A stretch of 32,000 nucleotides of DNA from Zygophlyctis sp. KS116 (lineage: Eukaryota; Fungi; Chytridiomycota). Both the position numbers and the translations under genes were made by a program. A model generated the notes under the pieces. It had not been told where the DNA came from, did no database searches, and was given only the letters and a program-made list of their open reading frames with translations. Where the stretch lies: NCBI GenBank assembly GCA_054661495.1, contig BAAFSQ010000033.1, positions 1-32,000 of the forward strand. Direction: 5' to 3'. Of this stretch, positions 21,800-32,000 are shown piece after piece (the first letter of the stretch is position 1; every line of letters begins with the position of its first letter).

Positions 21800-23788
21800 A
21801 TGATTTACAAATGGATTAAAAACTATTCATGGAGCTTCATGTTGGATGATGCACTTGCAGGATTATCCCTATCTACTGTAATAATACCACAGTCATTAGC
21901 ATATGCTGAATTAGCAAAATTACCACCTGTTTACGGTCTCTATGTCTCTATTATTCCTCCATTTGTCTATGCGTTACTAGGAAATCATTTGTACACTTCT
22001 ATAGGAGCTTTTGCTATTGTTTCACTCGTTATTTCAGAGTCGCTGAGCTCAGTTTCTATTGATAAGAGTGATTTTGTTGGATTTGCTGCGTTTTTAGGAT
22101 TTATGATTGGAATGATTCAGTTTTCACTCGCAATATTTGGAGTCTTTGATATTATTTCCAAGCATTTGTTTAAAACTGCATTTATTTCTGGATTTACAGT
22201 GGCATCAGTAATTACAATCATTACTTCTCAGTTGAAATCCTTTTTCGGACATGGATTTAAATCGCAAAATGGTTTCTTTTCAGTTCCAAAGACTTGGTTT
22301 TTAGTGATTTCAAACTTTCCATCTACTAATATTGCGACTCTTTTACTCTCACTGTCAACAGTAGGAATAATATTTGCATCAGAGTTTATCGAAACGTTTC
22401 TTAGAAAATGGTACAGGAAACGTAAACAAGATCTACAGTCATCTGTGCCATCTCTACTTGACCATGAACAAGTACATGACCCAGGGTCATCACAAGAGGC
22501 AATTAAACAATTTGAATCACAGGAACCACATGCGTATCAAGAGCTACCAGAGACTCTAGAGCGTGTAAGTGACAATAATGCTTATATTGCCATTGAAAAG
22601 GATTTTAATAAGCAAGAAATTGAAAAGGATTTTGATAAGCAAGAAAAACCAGTCAAAAATGTATTTCCATCGATATTGTTTGCAGTTGTATTGCTTTCGT
22701 CTATTTCAAACATTATGGATTTACCTGGGAATCATGGAGTCAAAATAATCGGACATATACCATCAGCTTTACCTTCTTTTTCCTGGCCGTGGCAAGTTCT
22801 TTTTAGAATTGAGGAGGATAAATTAGTTTTATTCGGACAAATCATCTATAGAGCCATATCTTTAACCATAATTATTGCAGTTACTTCAGCTTCAATGATT
22901 GATTTATATCCTGGGAGTAATCCAAGAAAAATGAAATCTCAATTCTCCTTACACGATTTGTCAAGAGCCGATTTATCTCAAGAAAATTTAAAAAGCAAAG
23001 AAGACAGCAGCTCCCTTAATCAAGAAGTTTTTGCACTTTCAATTGCTGGAATAATCGGTATGATTTTATAAATTTAAAAAGTAATAGCAAGTTTTTTCAG
23101 TTGTTTTACACCATGTGCATCAATAGCTAGAGGGGCTATTTTAGCAAAACAAACAAATGTAAAATCAACACTCTGGAATATATTTTCTGCTATAATTGTT
23201 TTGGTTTCAGTATTTTTATTATCTGATTTCTTTCAAAACATACCTCTAGGAGTTTTATCGGCTATTATTATAGTGGCTCTATCACCTTCAGTCAAAAATA
23301 TCAGCATGTTTTACAAACTCGTACAAAAAGCACGATCAGATTCAAAAACCTTGAAGGAAAATTTAAATACTTGTGGCCATATTATCGAACAAGATCATTC
23401 TATTCTATACCATCATGAATCTACACCTAATTTGGAGAATAATATGGTGGAACCTCAACTTGAAATAACAAAATCTAGTATGGAACCTCTACATGATAAT
23501 AATTTAGAGACTACAAGTACTGATTATCTAAATTTATTTCCGCAAACAGAAAAATCAACTGCTGCGTCAATCAAAAGCACAACTTCTCTTAGATCAACCA
23601 AACGTCTGATTGAAAAGTTTTCCCTGTCAACTAAAATTTCAGAATGGATAAAGATTTGGAGTGATTTAATTATATGGTCAAATACTTTTATGACAGTATT
23701 ACTTATCGATGTATCTGCTGGAATTTCCTTGGGACTAATACTAGTAATTCTAATGTCTGGACTTGAACGCCTGCTCCAGCGGCCCTAG
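21800..23788 (+). CDS. SLC26/SulP anion permease lacking a C-terminal STAS domain, 2 exons
   Basis: DALAGLSLSTVIIPQSLAYAELAKLPPVYGLY signature, SGFTVAS, IGHIPSALP, NQEVFALSIA; intron 23058-23087 gives ASFFSCFTPCASIARG; ends ...LERLLQRP*. First in-frame ATG at 21800. Confidence 0.88.
22592..22645 (+). repeat. 27-bp in-frame tandem duplication (IEKDFNKQE/IEKDFDKQE) in an SLC26 loop
   Basis: attgaaaaggattttaataagcaagaa followed by attgaaaaggattttgataagcaagaa, one mismatch. Confidence 0.95.
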
Positions 23789-23791
23789 AAA

Positions 23792-24680
23792 ATGAAGAAA
23801 ATCTTGTCAATTCAAAGTTTTGTAGTTCATGGACATGTTGGAAACTCTGCAGTCATGTTCCCTCTAATGCTCTTGGGAAATCAAGTTGATCCTCTAAATA
23901 CTGTACAGTTTTGTAATCATTCTGGCTATAAACATTTTACGGGAGAAATCACATCTCCAGAAACTCTTTTAAAGATTTTAAAAGGACTTGATCAAAATGG
24001 ATTTTTAAATACTATTGAATATATTCTTTTAGGTAAGTCTTTTAATTTTAATTTTAGGATACATGGGCTCAACTGCAAATCTATTATGCATTGAAGAATT
24101 TCTTAATAATTTAAAATCTTGTAGACCAGAATTATTAATATTCTTGGATCCAGTCATGGGAGATCATGGTAAACTATATCTTCCTAAAGAAAACATCAGT
24201 ATTTATAAAAGATTAATTTCCATTGCAACTTTTATAACTCCTAATGGCTTTGAAGCCAGTTTACTCTCTGGAATAGAAATTTCAGACTTGAATTCTGTCA
24301 TGAAAATCTTTGATAAATTACACTCAATGGGACCAACGACTATAATAATAACTTCTACTGAATTATCAGATAAACCTCAAAATCTCTTGTACTTACTCTG
24401 TTCAGACTCTAAATCTCAAAAAAGATGGATGATTGAATTTCCCAAATTAAAATCAACCGTCTCTGGTACTGGAGACTTGTTTAATGCACTTTTACTTGGA
24501 TATTTACCAAAACAAGACTTGAATGCACAAGTCTTTTCTGAATCTGTTGAAAAGGCATGTAATGCAATTCAAGGTGTACTAAAGAATACAGGACAGGAAT
24601 TGGAATTGGCTATTGTACAAAGCCGTGATTTAATACTAGAGCCTGTAAAAATGTTTGAAATTAAAAGTCTTGATGTTTAA
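23792..24680 (+). CDS. Pyridoxal kinase (PdxK/PdxY; Bud16-like), 2 exons
   Basis: ILSIQSFVVHGHVGNSA, NTVQFCNHSGY, LDPVMGDHGKLY, ITPNGFEA, GTGDLF; 25-nt intron 24033-24057 restores LLGYMG. Confidence 0.95.
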
Positions 24681-24782
24681 AAGTTTTTCTATTATTAAAT
24701 ATAGCACGATCAGTCAGATTATGCATTAGATCAGACAAGAGCAGACAAAAATTTCTCTGAAACTTGAAAATTTTTTAGGAAA

Positions 24783-26282
24783 ATGTTTGTTGGGATTTCC
24801 TTTGGAACTTGCAATTCGTCTATAGCTCTGGTCAAGGATGGCATTCCAAGGACGATCGCTAATGAAGAAGGTTTTAGAAACATTCCAAACATGATTTGTT
24901 TCTCTGGAAATGAAATTCTTTTCGGATCTCAAGTCCCAAAATTCGCTAGAAACAAAATCTCTGGATTTAGAAATTTATTAGGAATCACTAGTCTAGATCA
25001 TGAGGAAGTTGGGAAAATGGATAAAATTGGAGTCAATCTAAAATCTAATGGGAATAATTTGGTTTATGAAATTTTGGATGAAAATGGAGAAATTATTTCA
25101 AAAACTCCAAAGGATTTAGTCTCTCTCTTTCTGTCAAGTCTCAAAGAGACAACAGTTAATGTGTCGCATTTATCAAGAGAAATTTTAAGTGGGATTGTTC
25201 TCTCGGTCCCTGCTCATTTTGAAAAAAATCAGAAATTGGAATTGATTCAAGCGGCTAAAGATGCTGGATTTAAACAAGTTTTAACAATAAAGGAACCAGT
25301 GGCTGCTGCTTTGGCTTTTCAGATTCAAGATAAGGATTCTAAAATTGTGGTTTTGGATTTAGGAGGTCATCAGTTTAATGTATCTTGTTTACTCTACTCT
25401 TCAGGTCTCTACTCTCTGGTTTCATCAAAGGAAGATGTAGGGTTAGGTGGTACTTGTTTTGATAAAATTTTGGCTAATCATTTTGCAAAAGAATTTAGAC
25501 AAAAAACTAAAATTGATATTTCAGATTCAAAGAGATCGCTTTTAAAGCTTTTTGCTGCTGCTGAAGTTGTTAAAAAGACTCTTAGTAAAACTGAAACTGC
25601 TCCGTGTTCAGTAGAATCTCTTTATGATGGAATGGATTTTAATGGAAGCATAAATAGAATTAGATTTGAAATGTTGGCAGATTCTCTATTTAAAAATGCT
25701 GCTTCTATAATACATTCTGCATTAAAAGAAGCAAAATGGACTACAGGTGATGTAGATCAGGTTTTATTTGTTGGTGGTGCATCCAGAATTCCTAAATTTC
25801 AATCTATGATTTCAGAAATTTTTACTACATCTACTCTTAGAACTGATGTTGAGCCAGATGAAGCTACAGCAATTGGATGTGCTCTTCACGCAGAAATTCT
25901 TTTAAAACATCCTGATTTTTTAAAGTCTTTAGAAGCTCAGGAAGTTTGTGAAACATTGGCAACTTCAAAAGCAATAGGATTAGAAACTTTTGATGGGAAA
26001 TTTCATCCAATTATTTTAAAAGATACTCTTTTACCTTGTCAAAGATCGGTTGAAATTCAAGTTTCAAAAGATCAAAAAGACGTATTTATGGCTATTTATG
26101 AAGGGGATAATGAGACAGCAACCAAAAATAAGTTTATTACTAGTCTTTGTCTGGATAAATTATCTAGTGGTTCTGAAAAGATCATACTGACTTTAACTAT
26201 TGAACTGGATAGATCTCTAACAGTTGTCGCCAAGGATACTGTATCTGGTCAGTCATGTCAATCAGTTTCACATCATAAATAA
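24783..26282 (+). CDS. SSZ1: Atypical Hsp70 of the ribosome-associated complex (Ssz1/HSPA14)
   Basis: GISFGTCNSSIA (not the canonical GIDLGTT), IANEEG, SVESLYDGMDF, RIRFE; short 499-aa Hsp70 lacking the lid and EEVD; intronless. Confidence 0.85.
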   Translation: MFVGISFGTCNSSIALVKDGIPRTIANEEGFRNIPNMICFSGNEILFGSQVPKFARNKISGFRNLLGITSLDHEEVGKMDKIGVNLKSNGNNLVYEILDENGEIISKTPKDLVSLFLSSLKETTVNVSHLSREILSGIVLSVPAHFEKNQKLELIQAAKDAGFKQVLTIKEPVAAALAFQIQDKDSKIVVLDLGGHQFNVSCLLYSSGLYSLVSSKEDVGLGGTCFDKILANHFAKEFRQKTKIDISDSKRSLLKLFAAAEVVKKTLSKTETAPCSVESLYDGMDFNGSINRIRFEMLADSLFKNAASIIHSALKEAKWTTGDVDQVLFVGGASRIPKFQSMISEIFTTSTLRTDVEPDEATAIGCALHAEILLKHPDFLKSLEAQEVCETLATSKAIGLETFDGKFHPIILKDTLLPCQRSVEIQVSKDQKDVFMAIYEGDNETATKNKFITSLCLDKLSSGSEKIILTLTIELDRSLTVVAKDTVSGQSCQSVSHHK

Positions 26283-26318
26283 AGAAGATTTAATATCTGA
26301 AGGGTTTATAAAGTTGAG

Positions 26319-27801
26319 ATGGAATTCACTCCATCGTCCCCCATAGCGATTAAATCAACAAGTGATTCCTTTGAAGCTTCTTCTTATCTGTCTTCCTTTG
26401 CGGAATCATATCGAAGATCTAATGGCTATGCATTTGAGCGAAGAATTAGTAATACTGCAACAGTGTTTATTAGCCGATCGCCAGAGCAAAGTCCGATTCG
26501 ACGAGAGTCCATAGAAATACCACAAGAGATTTATGAGCAGGCTCCTTTGCTAGATTATGATGAATCTTCTACTCCAAAATCATCCACATATGAGTCAATA
26601 TTTAATGCGACAAACATATTAATGGGAATCGGGATTTTATCGTTACCATATGCACTTAAACTGACTGGATGGATGATCGGACTAACTCTACTATTATTAT
26701 TTTCACTTGCCACTCGGCATACTGCAATGACGGTCCAGAAATGTATGGATGCTGTCGTTCCCGATCACCTATTGTTTGATCAGTGTCGCACATTTGGAGA
26801 TTTTGTAATCTATTTATTTCATTGTGCCGCTAATATGATAGGGAGAAGTCGCATTTGGTACAATCGGACGCCGAATCATTTCAGTTATATTTCAATTGGA
26901 ACTCTTTGCTGCTTCGGTTGCATTAGTAATATTGAGTGCAGACTCTATAGTAGCGTTATTTCCTAATTTGGTTCCCAACTATGTAAAGGCTGGCGCAGTT
27001 CTTGTTATAATGCCCATGACATTCTTTAAATCTTTGAAATTTGCTTCTTATGGTAGTTTTTTTGGAATTTTAGCTCTTACAAACTTGATAATCATCATTC
27101 TTTGTGATGGATTTTCGACCAATGAAGCTCCTGGATCTATTTTATCTCCTTCAGAAACATCAATATATCCTACTTCATGGCTAAAAATTCCAATAGCTTT
27201 TGGATTAATCATGTCTGGTTTCAGCGGACAGTATTATTTTTTAGCACTAAAGTATAGTTCAGTATTTCCTAGTTTATATCGTGATATGAAGAATCCAAAA
27301 GCTTATCCTATAATGGTTAACCTGACATATATTTTTACAACATTTACATATATTCTGATTGCAGTTTCAGGATATCTTATGTTTGGAAATGATGTCGAAG
27401 AAGAAATAACACTTTCTTTACCAAATTCTTTTATCAATCGTGGCACTATCTGGCTAATTGCTTTAAATCCACTTACAAAATACCCTCTTACAATACATCC
27501 ATTAAATATTGAACTGGAGCTTTGGATGAAATCAAAATTTGGATCAATTTGGTCAGTGTTAATATCTAGAATATTGATAAGTTCTCTTGTATTGTGTGTC
27601 TCTATTCTAGTTCCTGGTTTTGATCTTATCATTTCTATTTTAGGCAGTACATTTTCATTTACGGTATCTATTGTATTTCCGGAATTATGTTTTAACAAGT
27701 TGTACACCTTGACTAAAGTACAAAAACTAGTTTCATGGAGTCTAATTACAATGGGGATAAGTTTAGCAGTCATTGGTACATTATGGCCATTTATCATTTA
27801 A
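26319..27801 (+). CDS. AVT1: Vacuolar amino acid transporter Avt1-like (AAAP family), 3 exons
   Basis: SIFNATNILMGIGILSLPYAL, ELFAASVALVIL, NPLTKYPL; introns 26805-26841 and 27231-27257 (the latter restores GFSGHSVFP). Confidence 0.85.
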
Positions 27802-27885
27802 TGAAAATTAACAATATCATGATATATTATACTATATTTAGCTGTTCGGACATGAGTGGAGGGTGCAGATTTAGGATATTTTCTG

Positions 27886-29095
27886 ATGGGCTTGAAGACT
27901 AGTGATGAGTTTGCATTGAAACATAGAAGAGAGAATGATCTTCCGCTGTCTGTTGCAGACTGTAAATTACTGGATTATCCATGGGAAAATGATCGTCATT
28001 ATAAATATGAATTAAATTCAATGGTGATTGGGAAAAGATCGAAACAATATTTACCAGACCAAAAATCTGAGATTTCAGCTCAAACTCTTGAAATGACAAA
28101 TTATGCACTCAATCCGACTCAAGTTAAAAGAGTCGCAAAGTCTAAAAAGGAAATTGATCAGCGGGATCTTGTATTTTTGACTCCAAAGGGATCATCAGAT
28201 GTACAAAAGTCACGGCCAGTTGTTCCTTGGCTTCGTAGGACTGAATATGTTTCTACAGAGAGTAAGCAGTATGGTAAAGCAAGTACACTTTCGACCGCAA
28301 AGTAATTTTTTTTATTTTTAACATTTAGAGCACAATCTATACTATCTATTGAAGATATTATTGAAAAGGGTAGAGTTAGAGTTGAAAATACCTTTATAGC
28401 AGCAGAAAAAGTACAATTATCTGATTTAAAACATCCTGCTGGACTTAAAGCTATGGAAATCTTACCCGTTTTCCCTGATTTTGAATTTTGGCCAAATGTT
28501 TATACTTTGGCTGCATTTGATGAAGATCCTTGTAGAAGATGGGATAATGTATTTTTAAAAAGAATTAAAATTTAGGTTAATCCAGATGAAAATCATCATG
28601 AAATACAATTAGAAGAAGCAGTACTAAAACCCATGGCACTTCCAGATGATCCAGAACATCCATGGATGGCCTACTTTTCTCCAAATACTCCATCTATTCT
28701 TGCAATTACTGAAATTCGTAAAAGAATGGCAGAATTAGGTGAAGATGAAGAATTAGTAGATGATCAGGTATGAATCATATTTAAACTTTAGAACTATGAA
28801 TACAATTTTGTTCGAGATTTTACTCTGGAAAGAGCCGCTAATACACAATTTCCAATCTATATAGAATTAAGAAAAGATGAAGGAGCTGCATTTTATAAGA
28901 ATACTGGAGAAAAGTTGAATCTAAAAAGGAAACGGACACTAGTAATTTTTATTAATTTTTATATTTTAGACGGCAATGGAAAAACATGATTCTACAATTA
29001 TTTCGCGTCCAAACAAGATTATTTTGAAAAAGCGTCCATTGACAGAAGAAGAAGTCACCTCTCGTCAGGCTGAACGGGACTCTTTTGGATTTTAA
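27886..29095 (+). CDS. PAF1: RNA polymerase II-associated factor Paf1, at least 5 exons (start uncertain: ATG 27886, or ATG 27852 with an extra intron)
   Basis: NDLP...KLLDYP, VPWLRRTEYVS, and exons missed by the ORF track: VENTF..KHP..EILPVFPDF..FDEDP, YEYNFVRDF, AFY..LNLKRKR. Introns 28302-28328, 28549-28575, 28768-28791, 28942-28969. Confidence 0.9.
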
Positions 29096-29198
29096 AAATT
29101 GTAGAATAATAGACAATTGAGTACCCTAAAATCAAAACTAAAATTAATTTTAAGAGTTGAATTTTCAGCGTCTAGTGTTGGGAGAAGTTGCCGTTGAA

Positions 29199-29431
29199 AT
29201 GATCATCCCAGTCCGTTGCTTCAGGTAGCTTTTATTTTGTCTGATGATAGTTGTGGAAAGGTAATTGGTCAAAAGTGGGAACATTATCTTGAATTACTCA
29301 ACACCGATCATACAGAAGGAGAGGCTTTGGATACTTTGGGACTCAAGCGGTACTGCTGTCGGAGAATGGTCTTGACTCATGTCGATTTGATTGAGAAATT
29401 ATTGCATTTTAACACTGCACAGAAAAACTAA
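29199..29431 (+). CDS. RPB10: RNA polymerases I/II/III shared subunit RPABC5, 2 exons
   Basis: MIIPVRCFS|CGKVIG...[21 protein letters not shown]; intron 29225-29250. Confidence 0.97.
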
Positions 29432-32000
29432 AACCTTTGATCACTTTTGAATCGGATGATCATGCCCATTAATGATTCAAGTTCTTGCTTAAAAGAAATG
29501 ATTTCAGCATCTTTGCGAGTTAGGATTTGCAGCAAATCTCTTTTTTCTTGAGCAAATTCTTGACTTGCAGAGGCTCTAGACTCTTGCAAAAGAAGAACAA
29601 TATCTGATTCTCGCTTTTTAGATGTTGCCTCCAATTCCCGAATTCTTTCCTTGAGAACTTCAAATGACTGTTGAGAGGGAGGCCATGCATGTTTGCTTTC
29701 ATTAATGACAATTTCTAATTGAGAATTAATAGCTTGAAGTGATGATAATTCAGCAGTAAGTGATTTAACTTGGTCAGACAGCGATGCATTTGTACATTCC
29801 AAGTCAAAAATTATCTTTTCAAGTGAAGAAATCTTTAATAGGGATTCAGAGAGTTGAGATTCAATTCCTTCTTCTTGTCGTGATTTACGTCCGGTATCTG
29901 ACCGGATTTCATTCAAGACACTCTGTAAAGATCGCTCATGATGGGCCATTGCAATCTTGGCAGAATCTTCTTGAGCTTGTTTTAATATAACAAGTGTAGT
30001 ATCTTGGACAGATGCTCGAGTTTTCTCACTAATCTCTAATCTAAGAATTAATCGGGGTAGAGTCCTTACTTGGTCTTTAAATCCTGGATTTCACGCTGGT
30101 CAGCTTCTCTATTCAGTTTAAGATTATTGAGCTCATCCAAGTGTTTGGATTCTTCTACAGCAAAGATTTTGTCTTTGAGAGCTTTTTCCATTTCATCAAC
30201 TTGATTTTCGTATGAATCAATTAGTTTTTCTCTTTCTCTAGTCAATTTGATCATTTGCTCCTTCAATTCTGATTTTTCTTTCAAAATAATCATATAATTG
30301 TTTGATTGCTCGTCTAATAAAGACTCAAGTTCTAATACCCGTTTTCGGACATGAGATTCAGAAGCTGATGCTAGAAGCTTTTCCTTTTCAGCCAAGGCGA
30401 ATTCCAATTCCTCAATCTTATTATGTAAACTTTCATCATTTTTTGCTTCTTGTTCGTGTATCTTTTCTTCCATCTCTTGCATATTCTTTTCATATTGGAT
30501 CCGAAGGCCATTATACTAATTATATTAAAAAGCTAAAATTACTTCTTGCTGCAGATCTTGAATTCGGACGTCTGATTCATGAGATAGTTGTTCATTTTCT
30601 TCTTTAAGCTTTGCTATTTCAGCCTTTAAAATACTAATTTCATTTTCGGTTATAGAAGATTCAGCTTTTAACGCCAGATTGCCATTAGATTTTTTCTTGA
30701 GCTTAACTATTTCAGCCTCCAAACTATTGATTTTGTTAATATCCACCAGAGATCGTCGTCTCAAATCCTTTTTGCTACCAGAATTTGGTACAAGCTTTTC
30801 AATTGAATCTTCCAATTCTTTTATTCTGATGTCTTTTGAAAACATATTTTTCTTTATATTATCAACCATTTCCTGATTTTCTAGATGTGATTTCAGTTTA
30901 TGTTCCAGCTCTATGATCTGTGCGTCATACTTGTCCTTCATGTCCAGATAAGCATGGGATGTTTCAATATGATGATTCGCTGATACCTCCTTCTTAGTCT
31001 TTGATTTGTTTGCTTCCTTCAGCATAGCCTTTAATTTTTCAATTTCTGCTATCTGAAATTCACTCGTTTCTAGAGATGATGATTTAAGAGACTGTAACTC
31101 TTGTTCCAGAGTTTCAATTTGTAACTGATAGGTTGCAACACCCAATTCTGATCTATTCTGAAATCGATCACGTTCGTTGAGTTGCATTTTGAGAGCATTT
31201 ATTTCCCTCGTAAGTTTCTCGGATTTAAGTATTTCTTTCTTTTCAACTTCCTTAATTTGCATTTTTAAATCTTTATTTTGATCAATTAGTCTCTCATTTT
31301 CAAGTTGATACTGATATATTAGAATGTAAATATACTTACACCATGTATCAGTCTTTCTTGATCTTCAATCTCTTTTCGTAATTGATTAATGTCTGCTTGG
31401 TTCACTCCACCCATTCTAGACAACAATCGTCTAGAATTCGATTGTTCTTTAGCAAGAATTGATTCCAAAAGTACGCTCTCCTTTTTTAAATTATCATTTT
31501 CAGCGTCTTTTCGAACGAGTTCTTGTTCCAAGTCTTTAAGTTGTGCCTGCAGATCATACACAACGGTTTGAATTCTTCTAAGTTCCTCTCTATCTACTGA
31601 TTTGGCATTATTTTGTCTATGAGAAGGAGATGTTTGACGAGAAACGCTGTTTTGTTCTTTTACTGGTGAATGATCAATTTTTAGAGTAGCTATATCTAAA
31701 CCGTTTACTGTATTTGATAAACCAAGATTATCTGGAAGAGGACTTGAACTTTTTTTCTCTAAAGCTAAAGATTCTTCTTGTTTTGATTCCAAGAGAGATG
31801 GCGACATTCTTTCAGATTCCAATAGAATATCGGGCAGAATACTTTCATCATTGACAGGCAGAATTGAGTTGGAGATTGCACGTTCACCATCTAATAAAAT
31901 GGTTGAGTCATCAACTGCTGCAAAACTTATAGAAACTTGGCCATTGTCAGTTTGCAATAGTTTGATATTCTTGTCCACAACTTTACTGTCGCCTATTTCA
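29428..32000 (-). CDS. CEP162: Long coiled-coil centriole distal-end protein, CEP162-like (5' end outside the window)
   Basis: Spliced [12 protein letters not shown]|YQLENERL and C-terminal [17 protein letters not shown]...[15 protein letters not shown] resemble recalled CEP162 motifs. Introns 31311-31339, 30516-30542, 30041-30069. Confidence 0.7.

Noticed and set aside
303-27852. TGTCCGA/TCGGACA as a promoter motif (304, 17887, 21468, 27846)
   Set aside because: The same heptamer also occurs several times inside coding exons, so enrichment cannot be shown by eye.
12290-31571. Other shadow ORFs (12290-12490, 15977-16294, 16601-16873, 18930-19178, 22374-22559, 24726-24932, 27303-27797, 27899-28108, 29520-29711, 29784-29990, 30302-30607, 30679-30876, 31389-31571)
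   Set aside because: They overlap well-supported genes on the other strand or frame and have no independent coding signal.

Overview
AT-rich, extremely gene-dense eukaryotic nuclear DNA, most consistent with a flagellated early-diverging fungus (chytrid-like; inferred from fungal-type Ski3/Blm10/Ssz1/Avt1/Rtt107 together with cilium/centriole genes CEP162 and MYCBP). The ORF track is fragmented because genes are split by ultra-short GT-AG spliceosomal introns; I mapped 43 by hand, all 24-37 nt. Gene order: SKI3(+), BLM10/PA200(-), multi-BRCT Rtt107/Brc1-like(+), eIF3h(-), MSH4(-), a head-to-head pair of paralogous F-box-like/ankyrin/membrane proteins (-/+), COA8-like(+), MYCBP(-), CBS-domain protein(+), a decayed RNase H relic plus an unexplained hairpin-rich tract, STAS-less SLC26 transporter(+), pyridoxal kinase(+), SSZ1(+), AVT1-like(+), PAF1(+), RPB10(+), CEP162-like(-, runs off the window). 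Most notable: the tiny introns, an SLC26 gene ending exactly where STAS should begin and in frame (TAG-AAA-ATG) with pyridoxal kinase, the divergent paralog pair 51 bp apart, the hidden RNase H relic, and overlapping gene ends. All family assignments come from recalled motifs, not database searches.
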